A DNA stretch of 4,525 bases from a virus (taxonomy: Duplodnaviria > Heunggongvirae > Uroviricota > Caudoviricetes): IMG/VR virus record IMGVR_UViG_3300014752_000057, one strand, 5' to 3'. The position numbers were made by a program, and so were the translations under genes. This document shows positions 1-4,525 of this stretch, piece by piece; within the stretch, counting starts at the first letter, position 1; each line of letters opens with the position of its first letter. The notes under the pieces are model-generated. The model worked only from the letters and a program-made list of their open reading frames with translations, did not search any database and was not told the origin of the DNA.

Positions 1-387
1 CCGTCAGCCGAAGATTTTGACGCGCAGCTGCGGGCGCAGTTTGGTGGTTCGCTGGCGCAGAAAGTGATTGACGCGACAGGTAATCAACATGCTATGAATA
101 ACACCGTAAATCTGATTCGTCACGGCGGTACGGTGGTATTTGTCGGCCTGTTTAAAGGTGAGTTGCAGTTCTCCGATCCGGAATTCCATAAAAAAGAAAC
201 GACGATGATGGGCAGCCGCAACGCCACGCCGGAAGATTTCGCTAAAGTCGGTCGATTGATGGCGGAAGGGAAAATCACTGCCGACATGATGTTAACCCAC
301 CGCTATCCGTTCGCCACGCTGGCAGAAACCTACGAGCGCGATGTGATTAACAATCGTGAGTTGATTAAGGGCGTAATTACTTTCTGA
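1..387 (+). CDS. lgoD: 3' portion of a zinc-type medium-chain dehydrogenase, consistent with L-galactonate 5-dehydrogenase LgoD/YjjN; 5' end lies outside the window
   Basis: Frame 1 is open from position 1 to the TGA at 385-387. The translation (…GGTVVFVGLFKGELQFSDPEFHKKETTMMGSRNATPEDFAKVGRLMAEGKITADMMLTHRYPFATLAETYERDVINNRELIKGVITF) resembles the C-terminal part of MDR/zinc alcohol-dehydrogenase family proteins. The ORF track starts at 64 only because it requires a start codon. The position convergent with opgB fits the E. coli lgoD-opgB arrangement as I recall it. Confidence 0.8.
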   Translation, partial: PSAEDFDAQLRAQFGGSLAQKVIDATGNQHAMNNTVNLIRHGGTVVFVGLFKGELQFSDPEFHKKETTMMGSRNATPEDFAKVGRLMAEGKITADMMLTHRYPFATLAETYERDVINNRELIKGVITF

Positions 388-414
388 TAAGGCGAGATTA
401 TTCAAGTTGCCATG

Positions 415-448
415 CAGCGTCCGGGGAAGTGTTGGGCGCTGTTTTTTT
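415..448 (+). terminator. Candidate rho-independent terminator of lgoD: imperfect hairpin followed by T7 tract
   Basis: Bases 415-424 (cagcgtccgg) can pair with 432-441 (ttgggcgctg), using three G-U wobbles, around loop 425-431. The stem is followed directly by ttttttt at 442-448, about 30 nt after the lgoD stop. Pairing was done by eye, not by energy calculation. Confidence 0.5.
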
Positions 449-482
449 GTTTCTTAATAATGTGTTGTAAGCCGGAGAAGGC

Positions 483-511
483 GTGTAGGTCGCACCTTAT
501 GCGACCTACAC
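483..511. repeat. Perfect inverted repeat (12-bp stem, 5-nt loop) in the lgoD-opgB convergent intergenic region; likely an RNA hairpin acting as a 3' end stabiliser or bidirectional terminator element
   Basis: gtgtaggtcgca (483-494), loop cctta (495-499), tgcgacctacac (500-511) are exact reverse complements. It lies 12 nt beyond the opgB stop (524-526, minus strand). No U-tract follows on either strand, so it is not a canonical intrinsic terminator. Confidence 0.6.
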
Positions 512-523
512 ATCAGTCAGGAA

Positions 524-1576
524 TTACCCTTCACGTTCTACCACTTTAATTTCCACCATGCCGATCCCGAGCTTACGCGGCGAGTGTCCGAGGATATTCC
601 CTTCGTTGGTTGAGACAGGTTCCGGCGGCACAATTACCAGTGTGTCGGCATCGGTTGGGTTATCGAAATGCAGTGTGGTGGTGGTCACTTCATTGCCCAG
701 CACAAGGGTTTGTTCTTCATTGCCTACGCGTACCGGAATAGGACGGCTGGCGTTATTGCCGTATGCTTTGGCGGTAATCACCAGGTCAAATTTCTTCGGC
801 AGCGGATGCTTGTACTCGATTTTTACTTCATCGCCCAGCTGTGCGTTGGACCAGCGGCCCCACGACTCTGGACGAGAAATCCCGCTAAACTGTTTCACCT
901 CTTCTGGCGCACCAGCGACGTTAAAGATGAAACTGTCGGCTTTGTAGCGAATATCGTTATCAACAATCTTTAGCGTATCGACATTGCCTTTGTAACGCGC
1001 CATGTCGATGACCGTATCTTTAAATGCCGTTTTGCCCTTCCATATTGCTTTGTCAACATGCTGAACAATTTGCTGACCGCCAAGCTGCCCTTGCGAGACA
1101 CACCAGTCGGTGGAGAGTGCCAGTTCCGGAGCCCAGAGTTGTGCCATCTTGTAGCAACGGTCAACCCAGACGAAATTGTCGCGTGGAGCGAAATCGGCCA
1201 GCTGGAAACGCAGCGGTGCTGAGTATTCGCTTTCCGGCAGCGGTTCCACGCGTTTGTCTGAAACCCGCAACAGCAGCGGCAAACGGAAATGGCTACCTGA
1301 GAAGGCAATCATGTTTTTCTGCTGGTCGATGGTGAACTCTTTCATCTCTTTAGGGAATTTCCACAGGCGGATGATATCCGGCTTCCACGCCAATGTTTTC
1401 TCTTTGATATTGAGGAAGATTTCCGACATCGACTGCCCGGATAAACTGCTACGGCCAAGTCCGAGATAGTTATCGCCACCGAGAATGTCCAGCACCGTCG
1501 CGCCGTTATCCATCGTATTACGCTTCACTGCCAGCGTCTCTTGCTGCGGCTTGGTCCCACCGAAGGCCAAAAACAC
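524..1576 (-). CDS. opgB: OpgB C-terminal fragment (350 aa in a shifted frame); it may not be translated independently
   Basis: The ORF track begins this fragment at GTG 1574-1576. The frame is open upstream to 1597. The translation …[26 protein letters not shown]… through …VVEREG matches what I recall as the C-terminal region of OpgB. An AGGG lies 4-5 nt upstream of the GTG, so re-initiation is conceivable but unproven. Confidence 0.5.
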   Translation of the reverse strand: MFLAFGGTKPQQETLAVKRNTMDNGATVLDILGGDNYLGLGRSSLSGQSMSEIFLNIKEKTLAWKPDIIRLWKFPKEMKEFTIDQQKNMIAFSGSHFRLPLLLRVSDKRVEPLPESEYSAPLRFQLADFAPRDNFVWVDRCYKMAQLWAPELALSTDWCVSQGQLGGQQIVQHVDKAIWKGKTAFKDTVIDMARYKGNVDTLKIVDNDIRYKADSFIFNVAGAPEEVKQFSGISRPESWGRWSNAQLGDEVKIEYKHPLPKKFDLVITAKAYGNNASRPIPVRVGNEEQTLVLGNEVTTTTLHFDNPTDADTLVIVPPEPVSTNEGNILGHSPRKLGIGMVEIKVVEREG

Positions 1577-1620
1577 GGTACCCTGACAAACAACAGGTTA
1601 TTGCTATCCTGCTTATTAAG

Positions 1621-2835
1621 TTATTTCCACGCCGTATTGTTCATCGCTAAATGGTCAGAAGAGACGACGATGACGGTATCTTTAAACCACGGTGACGCTT
1701 TGATTTTGTTGATAAACGTCGCAATATTCTCCTGGCTGCAACTTACCGCGCTGAATGACTGATTCGGCTTACCGTCAAAATCATATTTTTTGCGGTTACA
1801 GGTGCGCGAGATAAAACCATCCGGGTGATGGGTATCGACTGTCAGGGTAAACAGTGAGAATCGCTGACCTGAGCGGGAAAGCTCTTCAAATTTTTTCCAC
1901 GCTTCATCGAGAACGGTATCGTCGTAGAATCCCCAGTCGTTGCGATAGTGCGGGTCGGCCACCACGCTTTTCAGCTCTTCTGAGCCGTATAAGTGGTCGA
2001 AGCCGTGCGATTTCAGGAACACATCTTTACCGGCAAAACGCAGATTCGCGCCCTGCACGAAATAGTTCTGATAACCCGAGTTTTTCAGAATATCGCCCAG
2101 ACAGATGTTCTGCGGGAAGAAGCTGGAAACAGAAGCGGAGGCGTTGCCTTCAAATGGGGCAAACAGCGGTATGCCGCACTGAGAAGCTACCATGCCCGCA
2201 ATCGTGTAATCCGTTCCCGGCAACTGCTGCGTGTGGCTGAAATCCAGGCCTTCATTTTTCAACGCGCCCAGTTCAGGCGTGAGATCCGGGAAAGCCTCGT
2301 TATCAAAATAGGTCCGCTCGAGACTTTCGCCGTAGATATAAACCAGGTTGAGTTTCGGGTCAGGGATAGTTTTCGACGGCTCTTTATAATAAGCCGCAAA
2401 GTCCGGGTCGCCGTCGCGTGACTGGGATTTCACCAGTTCCGTTATCTGACGAAATGCCGGGCTGGCATCCACTGAACCCAGCGCCAGTAAGAGTGCCAGC
2501 AGGCTGTAACCAAAATGGTGCGGATGATGGCGACGACGGCGCAGGATCCAGCCCAGCGCACCGAACACCGCCGTCAGCCCCAGCACAATGCCGATACCCG
2601 GCAGGATGTATTTGCTGACGCCAGCACCGGTCAGGCTGTTGGTTAAGGTATAGAGAACCCCGGCGTTAATACCATCGCCAGTAAAATAGTCGCTGGCAAA
2701 CAGGGTGATATTTAAAACGACAAATAGCCCCAGTACCGTTAATGTGGCCGCAAACCACCAGGTGTTACGTCCCGCTTTCCATGCGTAAATCAGCACAGAG
2801 GCGAGAAAAAGGGCGAAAGAGAGTAGTTCTGACAA
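1621..2835 (-). CDS. opgB: OpgB N-terminal fragment (404 aa): membrane-spanning region and first part of the sulfatase-like catalytic domain, ending at a premature stop
   Basis: The ORF starts with TTG at 2833-2835, preceded by GAGGA about 7 nt upstream (minus strand, plus coordinates roughly 2843-2847). The protein begins [20 protein letters not shown], has hydrophobic helices and an RRRRHHPHH loop, and contains a TVDTHHPDG motif. It stops at TAA 1621-1623. Confidence 0.75.
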   Translation of the reverse strand: MSELLSFALFLASVLIYAWKAGRNTWWFAATLTVLGLFVVLNITLFASDYFTGDGINAGVLYTLTNSLTGAGVSKYILPGIGIVLGLTAVFGALGWILRRRRHHPHHFGYSLLALLLALGSVDASPAFRQITELVKSQSRDGDPDFAAYYKEPSKTIPDPKLNLVYIYGESLERTYFDNEAFPDLTPELGALKNEGLDFSHTQQLPGTDYTIAGMVASQCGIPLFAPFEGNASASVSSFFPQNICLGDILKNSGYQNYFVQGANLRFAGKDVFLKSHGFDHLYGSEELKSVVADPHYRNDWGFYDDTVLDEAWKKFEELSRSGQRFSLFTLTVDTHHPDGFISRTCNRKKYDFDGKPNQSFSAVSCSQENIATFINKIKASPWFKDTVIVVSSDHLAMNNTAWK

Positions 2836-2893
2836 CGGGCGATCCTCACTAAACCGGGCCGTTTAGCCAATGTTTAAGCTTTTTGAGAAGCAC

Positions 2894-2934
2894 AATGTAA
2901 TGGCGTCGCCATATTGCTGCAATTCTAGTGTCAA
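2894..2934 (-). promoter_or_regulatory. Candidate sigma70-like promoter elements upstream of opgB (speculative)
   Basis: On the minus strand there is TTGCAG (2917-2922), a 17-nt spacer, then TACATT (2894-2899). A perfect TTGACA also occurs at 2929-2934 but has no good -10 partner. These are hexamer matches only, with no experimental support. Confidence 0.2.
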
Positions 2935-3070
2935 AAAAATGCGACGTTGTTAGGAATTAGTTTATAAACAGACTTTTTTGATCGCGATCGCTTCCCGTGT
3001 AACAGGGGTAAAACCGTCCAGGAGCAGGGAAAAGGGCAGGAGAGAGCCGCGTCAGCCGGGTAACAGCTAA

Positions 3071-3089
3071 AACGCGGCGTTTCGCGGTT
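3071..3089 (-). terminator. Weak candidate terminator hairpin downstream of yjjA
   Basis: Minus-strand AACCGCG-AAACGC-CGCGTT forms a short GC stem with one bulge, followed only by TTTT. It lies immediately 3' of the yjjA stop. Confidence 0.25.
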
Positions 3090-3550
3090 CAGGAAATGAA
3101 GTTCAGCCCCTGCTTTAACACCAGATCGCAGGCTTTGGTTTTCACCTTTTCTGCCAGCGGAGTCGTTCCAATATTATCCAGATTGAGTTGCTGACCATCT
3201 TTGGTTTTCAGCAAACCCTGAATGCCATCCAGATAGTTGGTGTCTTCTTTTTGCTCTTCACTGTTCAGGCCCAGTTTTTCCAGTACCTGATTCTTGATGT
3301 TTTCGGCATCGGTTACCGAAGCCAGCTTTTGCATGTTATCTGCGCTTAAGGCCTGGTTCCCGCTGCTAAGCAAGTTAGTTAATGACGCGAGCGACCAACC
3401 GCCTTCCTGTGTCGTGTTGTTTTGGTTGCCAAGTTCGCTGGCGGCGCTGGAGAGCGCATCTTTCCAGGACGCAGCATGCACCCCGGTGGAAATTAATGCG
3501 CTGGCGGCAATGGCACAGCACAGAAGATGTTTAATAGTTTTCATCATCAT
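3089..3550 (-). CDS. yjjA: YjjA-like secreted protein of unknown function with an N-terminal signal peptide
   Basis: The 153-aa ORF begins MMMKTIKHLLCCAIAASALISTGVHA-ASWKD, a typical Sec signal peptide with an AxA-type cleavage site. The mature part is Ser/Asn/Gln/Leu-rich. Its position directly downstream of dnaC on the same strand matches the E. coli dnaC-yjjA arrangement. An in-frame TGA two codons upstream of the first ATG rules out a longer N-terminus; which of the three ATGs is used is uncertain. Confidence 0.75.
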   Translation of the reverse strand: MMMKTIKHLLCCAIAASALISTGVHAASWKDALSSAASELGNQNNTTQEGGWSLASLTNLLSSGNQALSADNMQKLASVTDAENIKNQVLEKLGLNSEEQKEDTNYLDGIQGLLKTKDGQQLNLDNIGTTPLAEKVKTKACDLVLKQGLNFIS

Positions 3551-3595
3551 TACTCAAGGTTGAATTGTGTCGCAGTATACCGCCAGAAACGGGGA

Positions 3596-4333
3596 TTAAT
3601 ACTCTTTACCTGTTACACGGCTACGGTAGCTATCCCAGTTGAAGATCACCCACAAACTGTTACCCAGGCGCATACGGTCCATCACGCGTTCGCCCAGCAA
3701 CTTGGTCATCTCTTCCATATTACTGTTGGTCAGCATCCCGGTTGGGCGTTTGGAAGAAGAGCGGCGATCGACGATCTGGTTGATGATCACTTTTTCGTAT
3801 TTCGATTCGGTCTGCACGCCGATCTCATCGATCACCAGCAGATCAACGTTACTCAGATCCTTAAGCAGTTGTTCTTCGCTGGTACCGCTATTCCTGAAGG
3901 TATCTTTCATCGCCGACATAATATCGGCCACGGTGATGATCAATACGGATTTACCGCGTAGCAGCAGCTCGTTGCAGATTGCCGCCGCCAGATGGTTTTT
4001 GCCGGTTCCTGGCTTGCCAGAAAAGATGAAGCTGGCGATGTTGCCGTCAAACTCTTCGACATACTGGCGCGCTTTGCTTAACGCATTCATCTGCCCTTCA
4101 CACTCAACGCGATAGTTCTCAAAGGAGCAGTTCTGATGCAGTGGACGAATACCGGAGCGGTTAAAGGTGCGCTGCATTTTCATCGCCCGATTTTCACGTT
4201 CGAGAGCGGCGGAGCGGATCGCCCCTTGTTCTTTCTGCCAGGCCAGTAATTCTTCACCCGTTTTGAACGCAGGTTTGATATGGGCAGGCATCATTTTTTG
4301 CAGGCGTTGCATCAGGTCGCCAACGTTTTTCAT
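3596..4333 (-). CDS. dnaC: DnaC, the replicative helicase loader (AAA+ ATPase that loads DnaB)
   Basis: The 245-aa translation MKNVGDLMQRLQKMMPAHIKPAFKTGEELLAWQ… carries a Walker A motif (GKPGTGKNHLAAA) and Walker B motif (LLVIDEIG) and matches E. coli DnaC in length and sequence as I recall it. The start ATG is at 4331-4333 and the stop TAA at 3596-3598. Confidence 0.95.
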   Translation of the reverse strand: MKNVGDLMQRLQKMMPAHIKPAFKTGEELLAWQKEQGAIRSAALERENRAMKMQRTFNRSGIRPLHQNCSFENYRVECEGQMNALSKARQYVEEFDGNIASFIFSGKPGTGKNHLAAAICNELLLRGKSVLIITVADIMSAMKDTFRNSGTSEEQLLKDLSNVDLLVIDEIGVQTESKYEKVIINQIVDRRSSSKRPTGMLTNSNMEEMTKLLGERVMDRMRLGNSLWVIFNWDSYRSRVTGKEY

Positions 4334-4335
4334 CG

Positions 4336-4525
4336 TTACCCTCTGAATCCTGGTGGAATTTGGCTGTCAGGTTCACTGACCGTATTCACATCTCGTTTCG
4401 GCAGTCCGCCGTTGCTGGCACGACCGATTTGCAGGCTGCGCGCCAGTTTTTGTTGCCACTGCACATGGTGAAAGACTTTACCTTCCGCCTGCCAGTTAGA
4501 AATAAATGACGCCAGTTCTTCGGCG
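4336..4525 (-). CDS. dnaT: 3' end of dnaT (primosomal protein DnaT/protein i); 5' end lies outside the window
   Basis: The minus-strand frame is open from the window edge to TAA at 4336-4338 and translates …[62 protein letters not shown]. The stop is 2 nt before the dnaC ATG, as in the known dnaT-dnaC operon. Confidence 0.85.
   Translation of the reverse strand, partial: AEELASFISNWQAEGKVFHHVQWQQKLARSLQIGRASNGGLPKRDVNTVSEPDSQIPPGFRG
4339..4343 (-). promoter_or_regulatory. Shine-Dalgarno sequence for dnaC, embedded in the last codons of dnaT
   Basis: Minus strand reads GAGGG-TAACG-ATG: GAGGG sits 5 nt upstream of the dnaC ATG, and the dnaT TAA stop lies inside that spacer. Confidence 0.6.

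Larger units (their letters stand above)
524..2835 (-). pseudogene. opgB: opgB/mdoB (phosphoglycerol transferase I, LtaS/sulfatase-like membrane enzyme) interrupted by a premature TAA and a frame change near 1551-1623
   Basis: Two adjacent minus-strand ORFs both read as OpgB: the N-terminal part (1621-2835, 404 aa, transmembrane region plus TVDTHHPDG-type catalytic motif) and the C-terminal part (524-1576, 350 aa, ending …[12 protein letters not shown]). The span of 2312 nt is not a multiple of 3. The N-terminal frame hits TAA at 1621-1623 right after …NNTAWK, and its continuation ([12 protein letters not shown]) still looks OpgB-like. The C-terminal frame is open only from 1597 downward and is offset by one nucleotide. 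Confidence 0.6.

Noticed and set aside
4-189. Minus-strand 61-aa ORF overlapping the lgoD 3' region
   Set aside because: It is antisense to the open lgoD frame, which runs uninterrupted from the window edge, and is most likely spurious.
483-511. Classifying the intergenic hairpin as a canonical REP/BIME element
   Set aside because: It does not match the REP consensus as I recall it, and copy number cannot be assessed without the genome, so it is described generically as an inverted repeat.
558-1469. Plus- and minus-strand ORFs from the track (558-947+, 668-973+, 1024-1335+, 1176-1469+, 970-1308-) lying inside the opgB C-terminal region
   Set aside because: They are antisense or out of frame relative to a well-recognised OpgB reading frame, and their translations are low-complexity or Arg/Cys-rich with no recognisable domain. 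They are typical shadow ORFs.
1577-1582. The GGTACC (KpnI) site in the opgB junction as proof of deliberate engineering
   Set aside because: A 6-bp site occurs by chance about once per 4 kb, so alone it is not evidence. It is kept only as a minor detail within the opgB finding.
1551-1623. Programmed ribosomal frameshift or stop-codon readthrough as the explanation for the split opgB
   Set aside because: Both a nonsense codon and a separate frame change would need to be bypassed, and I see no slippery heptamer or stimulatory structure. A mutation, lesion or assembly error is far more parsimonious.
1541-2618. Plus-strand ORFs 1541-1762, 1854-2240, 1993-2421 and 2418-2618 opposite the opgB N-terminal region
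   Set aside because: They are antisense to the OpgB coding frame, have no convincing ribosome-binding site, and give Arg/Pro-rich translations typical of the reverse strand of a GC-balanced gene.
3294-4471. Plus-strand ORFs 3294-3563, 3527-3961, 3639-4115 and 4280-4471 opposite yjjA, dnaC and dnaT
   Set aside because: They are antisense to confidently identified genes (DnaC with Walker A/B motifs, YjjA with a signal peptide) and show no independent coding evidence.
1-4525. Mobile elements, CRISPR arrays, tRNA/rRNA genes, toxin-antitoxin or defence systems
   Set aside because: I found no direct repeats with spacers, no transposase or integrase-like ORFs, no terminal inverted repeats flanking a cargo, and no tRNA-like structure. 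All substantial coding capacity is accounted for by the five recognised core genes.

Overview
This window looks like an ordinary, conserved Escherichia/Shigella-type core chromosomal locus, not an accessory island, and I see no novel multi-gene system in it. Gene order, read from protein-level recognition of the ORF translations, is lgoD(yjjN) 3' end (+), then on the minus strand opgB(mdoB), yjjA, dnaC and the 3' end of dnaT. No CRISPR array, tRNA/rRNA, transposase, integrase or IS termini are visible. The one real anomaly is that opgB (phosphoglycerol transferase I) is not a single reading frame: it is split into a 404-aa N-terminal ORF and a 350-aa C-terminal ORF in a different frame, with an in-frame TAA and a frame-disrupting junction at about 1551-1623. 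Whether this is a true pseudogene, an engineered lesion or an assembly error cannot be decided from sequence alone. Other observations are minor: a perfect 12-bp-stem inverted repeat between the convergent lgoD and opgB ends, a GATCGCGATC palindrome upstream of opgB, dnaT-dnaC translational coupling, and the poorly characterised secreted protein YjjA. All identifications come from reading the sequence and recalled knowledge of these families; no database search was run.
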